From Saprolegnia diclina VS20 (taxonomy: Eukaryota): a stretch of DNA of 50,944 nucleotides. Location of the stretch: contig NW_008246068.1 in assembly GCF_000281045.1 (NCBI RefSeq), positions 1,203,544-1,254,487 on the forward strand. The letters are read 5' to 3'. The stretch's first letter is position 1, and the number at the start of each line of letters is the position of its first letter. The notes beneath the pieces are model-generated. The model was not told the DNA's origin, searched no databases, and saw only the letters and a program-made list of their open reading frames with translations. Below, in pieces: positions 11,087 to 23,640 of the stretch. The position numbers were made by a program, and so were the translations under genes.

Positions 11087-14000
11087 ATGGCGGATGCAGG
11101 CGGCACGCGTCTCGTGCACGTCAACGACGAAGCCGCCAACGCGACGCTCCGCACCACCTGCAAGTACACAACGAATTGGGTCGCGACGTCCAAGTACACC
11201 ATGTACAAGTACGTTCGTCGCAAAGGAAGACCGACAAACATGCTGACTGCACGCACTAGCTTTGTGCCCAAGACGCTCTTTGAGTTTTTTCGTGTGGTCG
11301 CCAACTGCTACTTTCTCGTCATCTCCATCCTCCAGCTCTCGACGACGTGGTCGCCGACCAACTCGTACACGACGGCCGGCCCGCTTCTTATCGTGCTTAT
11401 TGTCTCGATGGTCAAGCAAGGCTTGGAAGACAAGAAACGCCACGAGGCCGACGCCGTCCAAAACAGCCGCCAGTGCCAAGTATTATATATTGCTGCCACT
11501 GACGACACGGCTCAATTGGCGTAGGTGGTGACGACGGGCGGCACTCTTGTGAGCAAGTGCTGGCAAGACGTGCTCGTCGGCGACATTCTCTTCTTAAAAG
11601 ACAAGGATGAATTGCCCGCCGACATCTTGATCTTGGCCACGTCGGAAGAAGAAGGCCGGTGCTTTGTCGAGACGTGCAACTTGGACGGCGAGACGAACCT
11701 GAAGCGCCGGACCGCGCTCGAGCCGATTGCCAAACTCATTGGCTTTCGCGGCCTCAGCGATGTACGTCAACCAACGATGTAGGCGGGACGGATGGAAATT
11801 CCATAATGTGGTAGCCTGTTCTGGACACGACCAGCCACATGAGAAGCTGCATGGACTTTGCGGCCACGATCGAGTACGAGCAGCCCAACAACCGCTTGTA
11901 CAACTTTACGGGCCGAATCCAAGCCAAAAAGCTCAACGAGCCCGTGCCGATTGGCCCCAACAACATTATCTTGCGCGGCTGCAGTCTTCGAAGCTGCAGT
12001 TATATCTTTGGTACTAAGCTATTTGACCTAAAAATGGGCTCTGATGGCATGCGACGCTTGTAGGCATTGTGCTCTTTGCGGGGAAAGAGTCCAAGCTCAT
12101 GCAGAACGCCCGCGCAACGCCGTCCAAGCAGAGCAACGTCTACCGCATGGTCAACCGCTGCATCGTGCTCATCTTCTTGACACAGGTATGTACATTATTG
12201 TCATGTTGCGTCTTCTTCCTAGCGATGTAGCTCGTCTTGTGCATCATTTGCGCCGTCTCGTTCAACGCGTGGGTCAACCACTACCAGGGCATTGTGTGGT
12301 ACCTTCCGTTCATCAACCACGACTACTCGGCCTTTTTCACATTCCTCATCCTCTACAACAACCTCGTGCCCATCTCGCTCTACGTCTCCCTCGACATGGT
12401 CAAGGTATTAGTCATGACAAGTTGTCCAACAACTGATAGACATTTTGTCATCTCGACTAGGTGGCCCAAGCCAAAAACATCTCGTCGGACCCGGACATGT
12501 GCCACGAAGGCTTCCACGCGATTGCGCGCACGTCCGACCTCAACGAAGACCTCGGGCAGATCGAGTACATTTTCTCCGACAAGACGGGCACGCTGACGCA
12601 AAACATCATGGAGTTTCGCAAGTGCTCGATCGGCGGTATCGTCTACGGGTACGGGTCGACGGAAATCGCGGCCGCGGTCGCGCTTCTCGCTGCCCAGCGG
12701 AACGGCGAGAACGAAGCACCCGCTGCGACAATTGTGACGGGGCCGGGACCTGCCGCGGACATTCGCGATGCCCAGATCCACCCGGATAAGACCGTCAACT
12801 TTGACGACCCGCGCCTCGTGTCGGAGCTCACGAGCCGCGGGCCCGAGTACAAGAAGATCGATGCCTTCTTGACGCTGCTCTCGGTGTGCCACACGGTGAT
12901 TCCGGAGGCCAACCCAAACACTGGCGTCACCAACTACCGTGCGTCGTCGCCCGACGAGGAGGCGCTCGTCAAGGCCGCGCGCTGCCTAGGGTACCGTATT
13001 TTCAACCAATTTTTGCATGTAAAATCTATGTTTCGGTAGCTACAAGCTCGTGACACCGGCGCCGCTTGTCGAAGTCGAAGTGACGTTCAAAGACAAGTCG
13101 CCGACCTTGCGGCAGTACATGGTTCTCAACGTCAACGAATTCAACTCGACGCGGAAGCGCATGTCGATCATTGTCCGCGACCCGAGCCAGCGCATTTTGC
13201 TTCTGTGCAAGGGCGCCGACAACGTCATCATGCCCCGCTGCAACCCCGATGCGTTCACGACGTCGCTGGACGAGCAGCTCAAGAGCTTTGCGAGCGAAGG
13301 CCTCCGAACACTCGTGCTCTCGCAGCGCGAACTCTCGGAAGACGAGTACGAACGCTGGAACAAGACGTACCAAGAGGCCGCGACGTCGCTCGTGAACCGC
13401 GACCAGATGCTCGACGATGCTGCTGAAATGCTTGAAGTCAACATGGATGTCGTGGGCGCGACTGCGATCGAGGACAAGCTGCAGGTCGGCGTCCCGAGCA
13501 CCATTCACAACTTGGCGATGGCCGGCATCAAGATTTGGGTTCTCACGGGCGATAAGGAAGAAACCGCTGTGAATATTGGCCACGCGTGCCGGTTGCTCAA
13601 CCAAGATATGCAGCTGCTCTTCGTGAACCGCGAAAACCTCGACGCACTCATCGAACAGGTATCGTTGCGAAGACAATATGGTGAGATGTTTATGGAAACG
13701 TGCTAGATTGACTATCTCTACGCCATGGAAAGCGTCCAGTCGTGCTTCAAGAAGGGCGTTGTCTCGGATCGATTGGCCGTCGTTTGTGACGGCAAGTCGC
13801 TCGTGCACCTTTTCCCGCCCAAGAAAACCTCCGCAGCCGACCAAGCCACCGCCAAAGAGCTTCGGCGCAAACTGCTGGTTGTTGCGAGCGTCTGCAAAGC
13901 GCTCATTGCGTGCCGCGTCTCGCCCGCGCAAAAAGCCGACATTGTCAACCTCGTACCTAGCTCTATGGTCTGCAGTAGTTACATTTATATATTCCACTCG

Positions 14001-15417
14001 TAGGTGCGCTTCAACTCGGTCAACAAACCAATCACGCTCGCGATCGGCGACGGCGCCAACGACGTCAACATGATCCAGTCAGCGCACGTCGGCATCGGTA
14101 TCTGTGGTCAAGAAGGTGTCCAGGCCGTGAATGCGAGCGACTATGCGATCGCGCAATTTCGGTACTTGATACGTTGATATTTCCATTGTTGGATGTGGAC
14201 TTTGGCATGGATCCTCACCTCGTAACTAGATTTCTCGAGCGCCTCTTGCTCGTACACGGACGGAGCAACTACAAGCGCATTGCCAAGGTCATCTTGTACT
14301 CGTTCTACAAGAACATGTCGCTCGTGATCGTGCTCTTCTTCTTCAACTTTTTCAACGGCGAGAGCGGCACCTCCCTCTTTGAGAGTTTCGTCATGGCCGG
14401 CTGGAACTTCTTCTTGGCGTTGCCGATCATTTCGATTGGGGTCTTTGACCAAGACGTGCCGCCGGCGCAAGCAACGTCGTACCCACCGCTGTACATGACG
14501 GGCCAGCGCAACGAAGACCTCAACGTCAAGTGCTTTTGCATCTGGATCGCCAATGCAATGTTTCACGCCTGCGTGAGCTTTTGGATCCCGCTCTACATTG
14601 TGCCCGCGTATACAACCCACTCGTTTTACCTCCAAGGCACGACGATCTACTCGGGTTTGCTCATGACGATGAACGCCAAAGTCATGCTCGAGACCATGAC
14701 GTGGACGCGGTTCAGCTACGCGGTCGTCTCGTTCAGCCTCCTCCTCTTCTTCTTCTTTCTCCTCGTGTACCCATACATGACGTTCCTCGGCACGGATATG
14801 ATTGGCATCACGCCCGTCATGCTTGGCGCGTACGTTCTCTTGATGCGACCCAACTAACGTATCGTAGGAATCTTTACTGGGACGTTTTCTTCCTCATCCC
14901 CGTCGCCTGCATGCTCGTCGACGTGAGCGTGAAGTAGTACGCCCGACTGTGCGATTTTATAGGGATTTTCATGGCTTTTGGTAGCATTCGCCGCTTTTAC
15001 TACCCGACGCACGCTGATATTTTGCGCGAGCGCGTCGTGATTCAGCGGACGCAGGCCAAAGTGTCGTGTGGCACGATTTCTCACGGATTGGTCCAGCCCA
15101 CGCCGGCTCCCGTGAGCGCCATGGAGCGAACGCCAACGCAACTCGCCGCCGACGAGAAGGCCGGCATCCGACACCCTGGCAGCATGACGTACTCGGGCTT
15201 TGCGTACTCGTCGCCCGACGACGACGACACGAGCCGAATCGGCACAGCGCGGGAGATCGCGACGATGCGCGTCGAGCTCTTCAAGCGGAATAGCGTCCAA
15301 GACAACGACGGTGTCGTCGCGTCGCACCTTGACCCGCACGGGTCGCAACATTCCACCAAGCGGTTTGTGCCCGACGGCACGACGGCGCGGAGCGTCGCCA
15401 GTGATCTCAACGAGTAA
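11087..15417 (+). CDS. P4-type ATPase (phospholipid flippase), paralogue B, multi-exon
   Basis: Same P4-ATPase motifs as paralogue A (DGETNLK, PISL, DKTGTLT, KGAD, TGDK, GDGAND). Start [14 protein letters not shown] at 11087; last exon ends ...SDLNE* at 15417. Divergent from paralogue A across about 700 bp. Confidence 0.95.
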
Positions 15418-15607
15418 GCATCCGCCGATATACATACCAACACTATAATAACGACTCTACTCTTTGCCCTCTCCGATACCACATCGAGTTCGAGCATGAG
15501 CACAGCAATTGTGTCGGGAGTTTGCCCTTGGAAAGTTGACCAAGTTGATCAGAATCTAGCTCCTCGAAGACTTATGACCTTTCAACACTCATGGAAGAAA
15601 CGGTTTT

Positions 15608-17909
15608 ATGGGTGCGATCAATCAAGAGCGGCTGTCCGAGTCGACGTGCCGGAAGCGCCTTCGGGAGCTCGTCAAGGAGACGCAACGCGACCTTCCCGAG
15701 GCGCCGTCGGCGATAGAAGTACTCGACCTCTCCGACTGCCACCTCACCGATCACTACGCGGGTCACATTCATGCTGTCATTGAGCTCAACGCCAAGGTGC
15801 TCCAGTCGATCGACCTCTCGTTCAACGACTTTGCCAGCGGCCTCGTCGAGGCCTTTGACAATTACCCGGAGCTGCCGTCACTGACGAAACTCAATCTCTC
15901 GAGCAACGCGTACGGTTTGGTTTTTTGAGCGAATTTGTTTGCATGTTTGAGATACATGCTCGTAGCATCAACGACACGGCGGCCGACCACGTGAGCAAGC
16001 TCGTGTCGCGCTGCCCGAAGCTCACGTCCATCGATCTCTCGCTCAACCGGCTCGGGAAGGGCTGCGCGCGCGCCATTGTCCAAGCCAAGTTGCTCGTCTC
16101 GCTCGACCTCTCTTCGAGTCATTTGTCGGACGCGGGCTGCGACGTTCTCTGCCAAAGTCTTCTCGTACGCAAGTCGAGTCTCCAGGTTCTCTCGCTCGCC
16201 ATGAACCAGCTCACCGACAGCAGCGCGCTCGCCGTCGCCAACGTGCTCGTCAACGACACGACCTGTGCACTTCGGACGCTCGTTCTATCCGGAAACCTTA
16301 TCCAAGACCACGGCGCCAGCGCCATTGCCTTCTCGATGGACCGCAATGCCTCGATCCAAGAAATCTTCCTCGACGCCAACCAGGTAGTGTCAGGACTCCT
16401 AACTTTCAAAAGTTTGAAAAGTTAAGAGTATCGTCAAACCTCTACATCGACTAGATTGGCAACGAAGGTCTTCGGTCCTTCCTCAACATCCTTCGATCGA
16501 GCCCGACGCGAACATATGCGGCGCTGTGCCTCGATGGAAACCCCGCCGACGCCGGTCTCTTGCGCGATGTGGACCACCAGCGCCAAGCCAGCGTATGCAT
16601 CGAAGAACGACGCGATTGTTTGTGCGAGTGCTAAATAGATGCTGCTGTCGCAGCTCCCAAAAGATCTCGGCGTGCGCGACCGCCTCGAGCTCAGCGGCCC
16701 CACCGTCTCGACGTACCTCGGCTCGGTCATCTTTGACCACATGTGCCAGGTACATTTCGCCATCTCCAAATCGAAGGCCACACACAAGACGCGACTAACG
16801 TTCTTGATTGTCTAGGCCTGCGTGGACATTTTGCGTAGCTACCGACACCTTGTGCACGTCGACTTGAGTAAAAATGCGATTGGCGACCACGGTGCTCAAG
16901 AGACAAACACCAACCGGCACCAACATGCAGCTGTAGGCGCGTTCGACATTGCTCTGTACGTGGCAATGAACCCTAAACTCACAACACTTCACCTTGGTTG
17001 CAACCAGATTGAAGGTACACTTAGTGGCAGTCATGTGTGTGTGCGATCGACCACTCCATGATTAGATGCGGGTGCGGTTGGCCTCGCGCAAGCCCTGCTC
17101 GTCAACAGCACACTGACGAGCCTGCACATCGAGTCCAACCGGCTCGGGGACGCTGGCGTCCGTAGCCTGTACGCTGCTTCGTTTGACAACAAACGCAGTG
17201 CGCTAACCACCATCCGCGTCGACGCCAACCTGGTATCGCTCGCGCTCTCTCCTAAATTACAATCTTTCTTGTGGCATTCTTAGCACGGTGTCGAAGGCAA
17301 CCACGCCATCACAGCGATCGCCGAGGCTAAGAAACTCGCGATTTCATTGGCTCAGGAAACGCCCCTCGTGCTCGATCTTTCGTACTGTGACGTTGATATT
17401 CTATCAGTCTATCAATGTGTCACGGTAGAGGTCAATATTTGCAGCGGTTTGGCGCCAACGTGGTGCGCGATACTCTTTCGAGTCAGTGCCAAGTGCTCAA
17501 CTTGTGCCGGAACGCCCTTGGCGACGACGGTGCCGCCGCTATCGCAACGCTCCTCCTTCGACACACGGCGCTCACCAAGGTCGACTTGAGCTGCAACAAC
17601 ATTGGCGACAAGGGCGCGTTGGCGCTGGCCGAGGTGCTCCCCAAGAACAAGACGCTAATCGCACTCAATGTACGCGCGGCGTACGGCGAGGCGGCGTCGT
17701 GGCGTGACGCGCACATCTCGGAGGCCGGCATGCTCGCGCTCAGTCGCGCACTGAGTGACAATACTGGTCTCCAGGTCGTCGACCTCCGCGACCACTGCGC
17801 CAGCAAGCACGTCGTCGCATCGTGGGTGCAGTTGCTGCAGAAGAACGCAACGCTCACCAAACTCAATGGTCTGACGCCGACGGTCTTTCTGTCACGCTAC
17901 CACATTTAG
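15608..17909 (+). CDS. Leucine-rich repeat protein, RNI-like/NLRC3-like, multi-exon
   Basis: Many 28-residue-type LRRs (LxxLDLSxNxIGDxGAxALAxxL), e.g. LTKVDLSCNNIGDKGALALAEVL, LRTLVLSGNLIQDHGASAIA, LTSIDLSLNRLGKGCA. Start codon is tentative. Confidence 0.85.
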
Positions 17910-18192
17910 CAAGTCCATCAATAGCAAAGAGTACTAGAGTACTACACATGAATCGAGTTGGCCGAGTACCGTGGTCGCACCGTATCGCCCATGATAAGCT
18001 GTAGGCAGATCAATCCAACCCTTCGGTTCGCATCGTCCGTTCTGGTTTGAAACTCTGTTGCTCGCAAAATGCAGCACCGCCAAATATCCCAATTTGAAAT
18101 TTGGAACCAGGACTTTTGAACTCGAGTCGTTAGTTTCGGACCAAGCCTGAAACAAGGATATCCAAGGTCCATTTGACAAGATCACGAGCACG

Positions 18193-19997
18193 ATGGCGGA
18201 CCCGAAGCCTCGCCTGAACCCGATGGAGCTCAAGGTACGCGTCTTGCTGCAGGAGCGCGCCACGTATACGGCGTCTGATAGCGACAACGCTTGGCCAAGC
18301 GGCTCAAGGCCGAGCCGCTCGTGCCAACCCCGACGGCCGAGAAGCCGCTGCCAACCACGACGCCCGAGAAGCCGCTGCCAGCCGCGGCCGTCGCCGATTC
18401 GCCGGCGATGGACATCGAGGCGCGCATGAAGTCGATCTACGCCAAGACGCGCATCGAACCCAGCGCTCTTCGCAACACGTTGGGCGTTCAGTACCCCACG
18501 ACACTCGAGGTAGTCCATCGCGCTGTGCCTTGTACGACTCTGCTCCGTCGGTGTAGACGCGCGACGAGCTTCCATGGGACTGGACGCTCAAGACGAAGCT
18601 CTCGTGTATGACGTCATTTCCATTCCCGCCACGGGTTCGCGCAGCGGGCGCTGCCCGGTCGTTTGAGCGCTTCCACAACGGAGCCAACGTACGCGCCGTC
18701 CTTCGGTTCTACCTCTCGACATCTCTGTAGAGCGACGAGAACATGCGTCCCGACGAGCGCTGGTACGCGGGGCTGCATCAATACGTCCACCCGGCGTCGG
18801 GCTTGCCCAACCAAGCCGAGGGCGGCCACGACGACGACTTTGTGAGCCAGCGACTGCGCGACTGGCAGGACGCGTTCCGGAGTCTCTACTACGCCTTTCA
18901 CCACACTCCGTACGTGCATACGAGTTCTTCGAGTCGACTTCAAGTCAACGTATTAGGACGCACCGGTCGTTCTACCTCGTCACGCCGCAGTTTGTCGTCT
19001 GTTTTTATCGACAAGTGCCATCAAGAGACACAACGACCAACTCGTTCCGGGCCTCCTACGCGCTACCACCGGCGCCGTCGCCTGTCGCGAGCAGCAGTCC
19101 CCAAGGCGTCCGTCACGGTACATTTCGAAATCTGTACCGAAATTGCATGAACTGACACGATATGGAGGTATCGCCGCGGTCATTTCCCACTCGACGTCGT
19201 CGTTTCGGCGCGAATTAGTCGCCAACGGCATTGTGTTTTCGACGCCGTTCAGCCGCACCGACGGCCACGCCCAAGTGCAAGGCGATGCAGCGCTTCTCAA
19301 GGAGCTGCATGCGCTCAGCAAGGTCGATGCCGAGCTCAAACGTGCTACGTTCACGTCGCCGACGCCTTCGTCGTCACGGGCGTCGCAGTCATCGACCAAT
19401 GGGAAAGCCATGCGCGGCGCCGACTCGCTCCTGCTCTTCCACGACCCGGACAACGTTCACGGCCTGTACGACTTTCTGCTCAACCAGCAACCCACCGGTA
19501 CACGCCGCCCTTCCTGCATCGTCCTATCTGCTGAAAAGACGACCGACTTGATCCAACTAGGTGCACTGGACGTCCCGACCATCTATGCAGCGATGCCATT
19601 CCAGCACGCCAGCGCCGTGCCTCTCAAAGTAACGTCCCGTGGCAGCGTCAAGTCGGCCCAGTCGCCCACCGAGCGCTACAAGTACGTTACGATCTATGAC
19701 TGCTATACTGATTCCAACTGCAGGATCGAGGTTGATGGCGTGCTGCTGCCCGAGACCCATCGGCGCCTCACGCTGGCGATCGCCGCCGCCGCGGGCTCGG
19801 ATGGCACGGTGGACGTGCACCACGAGACCTTTCCCGCATCCTCGCGGCTCAACGTCTGTGGGTTTGATTTGGACGTTCAAAATCTGGCGATTTGGCTCGA
19901 GACGCATGGCGACGAGATCGAGCTCACCAAGCGGCATCTCCAGAGCGTCCACTACGCGCCCGATACTGGGTTCACCTGCAATGTTCAGAAATCCTAA
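18193..19997 (+). CDS. DONSON: DONSON (downstream neighbour of SON) homologue, multi-exon
   Basis: Spliced product contains LPWDWTLKTKLSCMTSFPF, YVHPA, WQDAFRSLY, FYLVTPQF, AVISHSTSSFRREL...IVFSTP, VHGLYDFLLN, DVPTIYAAMPFQHAS, IEVDGVLLP, which is the DONSON motif order. Confidence 0.8.
18310..18380 (+). repeat. Degenerate 27-bp coding tandem repeat (about 3 units; AEPLVPTPT/AEKPLPTTT/PEKPLP)
   Basis: ccgagaagccgctgcca at 18337 and 18364, with a degenerate copy at 18310. Confidence 0.7.
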
Positions 19998-20048
19998 GCT
20001 ATCAAGTTGATACAAAAAGACATGAAAATAGCAACGTTGCAAGGGGGT

Positions 20049-22145
20049 TTAGTCGGTCTTTTGCTTGGCGTCCTGGGCAAGGAACGCCGTCTTGGCGATC
20101 GAGTAGACGGCCTTGAGTCGGTCGTACATGACGCTGCCGGTCGCAAACGTCACAATGAGCATGAACGTAATGATCGCCCAGTAGAGGTGCGAGAGCGTCA
20201 CGCTCACATGCCTAACCACACCCAATTAAGGCCCTTATGTTCTAGCTCAAATCGGGCCGAGCGAACGTACTTGCAGTCGTAGATCGGAATGTCGTAGCCA
20301 ACCGACTCGTAGCAGAAAAGGTCTTGGGTCACGCGGAACACAAAGAGCACGAGCGCCATCGTCGCCGGCACAATGTAAAACTCAATGTTCTTGTACGGGT
20401 CGCGCTCGTCGTTGACTTCGACGTACCGCGCGTGCTCCTTCTCAATCTCGAGCGCGAGTTGGCCGCGGAACTTCAAAATGGCCGACTGCCGCCTAAAACA
20501 GTGACCGTTAAGATTCGTTTCATTGCTACAATATTGTACCCCATCTTGGCGCCCATGTCAAAGATGGTCATGGCGCCGAGCGTACACAACCGGTGGTGCT
20601 CGGTGAGGTACATGGGCTTGACGTAGTTGCACTTGGGGCCGACGACCTTGGCCATCTCAAGCTTGTACTTGTGCAAAGCCTTCTCCTTCATGTTGACATT
20701 GTTGGCTTCCGCGGTCGCTTCAAGGAGTGTCTTGGCCTCCGGGAAGATCGTTGCCTCCTTGAAGAGCGCTGCGTACGACTTGATAAAGGTGAGCAGCTCC
20801 TGCGACGAGACGTCGACGCCGTGGATCTTCTTGGGCTGGAGCGACGACGGGCCAAAGAGGTGGTTGAGGTATGACGTCAGGAGCTGCATGAAGCGGCTGT
20901 CAATCTCGTCAATCGACCCGTCATAGTCGCGGTCCGTGACGGCCTCGCCCGGGTGCGACAGCAGAATGCACGAGATCGACTGGAAGCACGCAAAAATCTG
21001 CTCGCGCGTGTCGGCGAGGTCCTGCTGCTTGCGCGCCGCGAGGATCTCCTGCGTGTACGCCTTCATGTCGGCCTTCTTCTCGTCGAGGGTCGCCGTGCGC
21101 TTGAAGTCCTGCCAATCCCGCACGAGGAAATCGAGGTGCTGGAATGGACGCATCTGCCCGTCGTGGGCGCCTTCGCCATCGTCGTCGTCATCCGACTTGG
21201 AATCTTCGACGTCCGTCGCGTCGACCACGTCATTCGCGTCGCTGGACGCCTGCTTGGCAAGGTTCTTGTCCGAGACCGCCTTGGCAAACGACTGAATGCT
21301 GCGCAGCGACGCGGCCTTCATCTCGGCGTTGTCGTTCTGGTCGATCGAGCCCTGGAGCGCCATGCTACATCGAATATCTCATTGCCACCAGATGTACATG
21401 CACACAATAGCCGTACCGGCCATATTCGGTGAAGAGCGCCAGATGCTGGAGGTTGTCTTCCTGGACGCGCTTGTCGACGTTGTAAATCTGGTACGAACTC
21501 AGCAGCGTGCTGAGACCAAAGATGCTCGCGGTGAGCATCTGCGACGTCTCGGAATCAAACATGCCCTGCGTGTCGATGAGGAAGACGGCGATGTCTTCGC
21601 CGTCCTTGCTCTTGCGGATGAACGGCTCGCCCCACATCCAAATGCCGGTCGTGTTGCGCTTCCGGCCTGCGCGCCACGAAAAGCCCGTCTCGCCGTGCGT
21701 CTGCTCAAAGTTCGAGTTGCCCTCGAGCTGCGCGCCGTGCGCCATGGCCCACTCGCGCGTCGTGACGTCCGGCGACTCGTGCGTCGACGTGTACTTCAAG
21801 TAGCGCAAGAAGAGATCCAAGACGAACGACTTGCCCGTACGGAAGGCGCCGACGACCGAGATGATTGCAACCTTCATGTCTTTGGGAACCTACTCGCAGC
21901 GCCATGAGGCTCATCGTCGTCGTCATCATGAGGAAGGTTGCCGTACCTTGCCAAGGATGGATTCGATCGCTTCGTCGTTGAGCTCAAACTTGGTGCCCCC
22001 GTCGTCAATGCGCACGATCTACCCGGGGTCGCATGGGTCCATGGAGCGAGTGGCATGAGCATGTGCATGGTACCTGGATCGCGCCGACCTGCGGCGCCGG
22101 CTCGGCGGCCGGGCTCGTGCTGCTGGCCTCTACATGCTCGGCCAT
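20049..22145 (-). CDS. ATL: Atlastin-family ER-fusion GTPase, multi-exon
   Basis: G1 SVVGAFRTGKSF, G2 GFSWRAGRKRNTTGIWMW, G3 DTQGMFD, IFGLSTLLSSYQIYN, EDNLQHLALFTEYGR, G4 FLVRDW, LEATAEANN, and two C-terminal hydrophobic segments. Start MAEHVEASS at 22145; ends QKTD*. Confidence 0.92.
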
Positions 22146-22647
22146 CTTGCGTCCTTGTTGTATCGAAGAATGTGCCTGTTTAGTCACTACTCCTGGGTTG
22201 GGAAAAACCTCTACAAATGAATATTAGGCCGAGAAATATGCAATCTCAAGGTTCCAGTGACGGCGACACGGAAGAGGACGACGGTCGTTCAACAGCTTTC
22301 GCCGGCCGCCATGGCCTTCGCCGCGCGCTACTTGTCTGCACCTAACTGGTTGCCATATATAGAAGCCATGGCCGGTAATCGCGGCGCTTCCTCGCGACCT
22401 GCTGCGGCGTCCGGGGCTAAAGAGACGCACGGTGCGAAGGATGGCCACGTGGGGATACTGTGGGCGTGGAGCGACGTCGTGCCATAGATAGGCTGTCAAC
22501 GTCAACGATGATGATTGGCGTTCTCTTGAAGTACCTGCGATGACACCATCGACATCCAACTCGACTTCAGCTGCGCACTGGATCGACTCGGTCGCCGTCA
22601 TCGTAGAATTTAACGTTATGGTAGTTTATGGAGCAACTAGAAGCCGT

Positions 22648-22881
22648 TTAGACACTCGAGTCGGAGAACATGATGTAGCCCGCGTGGCCGAGCGCGAGGC
22701 CGACACTCGAGAGGAAAATCGCGTCAATTTGCTTCTGCGGCAAGCGGCCGCGGAGGCCAATGCGGAGAAGCGGGATTAGCGGGCCGTACAAGAGCGGCGC
22801 GAACAAGTGGAGGTTCGGGCCGGTCGCGGGCTTGGCCTCGACGGCCGGCGGCGGCGTCCACTCTCGTCGGTTCGGGGCCAT
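22648..22881 (-). CDS. 77-aa small membrane protein, tandem copy 1
   Basis: Intronless, MAPNRREWTPPP...FAPLLYGPLIPLLRIGLRGRLPQKQIDAIFLSSVGLALGHAGYIMFSDSSV. Paralogous to 23641-23874, with many synonymous differences and frame preserved. Confidence 0.8.
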   Translation of the reverse strand: MAPNRREWTPPPAVEAKPATGPNLHLFAPLLYGPLIPLLRIGLRGRLPQKQIDAIFLSSVGLALGHAGYIMFSDSSV

Positions 22882-23640
22882 CTTCGTCGTCGCGGTGTCG
22901 AGGATTTGATTGTGTTGGATGCGAGAGAGTCCAGCCGCCGCGATCGTCCTGTCCTTTACCGGATTCCTCGCTCGTATCCGGAGAACCGGGCCAAGAAAGC
23001 GCTTCGGAGCGCTTCGTTGGCCGGCCACATCAATCGTATTTCAGAGGTGCCTCTTTTCCTCCGAAATCGAATAACTATCGAGGTATCAGAAACGATGCAC
23101 CGTGTTCAAACCTAGTCATCCGCTCACGGCACAACGGATTACCTCATCACGCTCGTTACCTATACGTGCATCGGCGATAGCCACAACGAGGGTCGCGGCA
23201 TGAATCTCGCTAATCGTTTTCGGTCACCCAAGTAGTCACTGCGGACAGCGAGCTACTGCCAGAGCTACTACTAGGAAATGAAAGCTTATGCGGCGTGGCC
23301 GCTTTGGTCTCTGGTGACAGAAGCCGTCGCTAGGAAAGGAAGTTGTCCCTGCGGACAGCGATATTTCCCACAAGGAACGATGCGCGCTTTGGCAGTCACG
23401 ATAGCGCAAGTATGTTCGCAACTCTGGATTGGTGGTACCCTAACTCAAAGTTGGCTCTAGTGCATGGACCCGCCCAGAGAGACTAAGATGCTATAGGTTG
23501 AGACTCAACCTCTAGCATCGCGCTCGCTCTCAACTTGAGAGCACGCGCGATGGCAAGCAAGACGCGGTCGGGCAACACCAAAGGCGATATGCAAACGACT
23601 GCAAGACACCGTGACGATTGATGGGTCGTAACGAAAGCTA

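Noticed and set aside
22882..23028. N-terminal extensions of the two microprotein ORFs (126 aa and 110 aa calls)
   Set aside because: They start at non-ATG codons, and indels between the conserved blocks differ. Better explained as 5'UTR or promoter conservation, though not excluded.
23030..23640. Spacer between the microprotein genes as a possible ncRNA (small inverted repeats near 23497-23541)
   Set aside because: Stems are only 6-7 bp, and no tRNA, snRNA or snoRNA box pattern was recognised.
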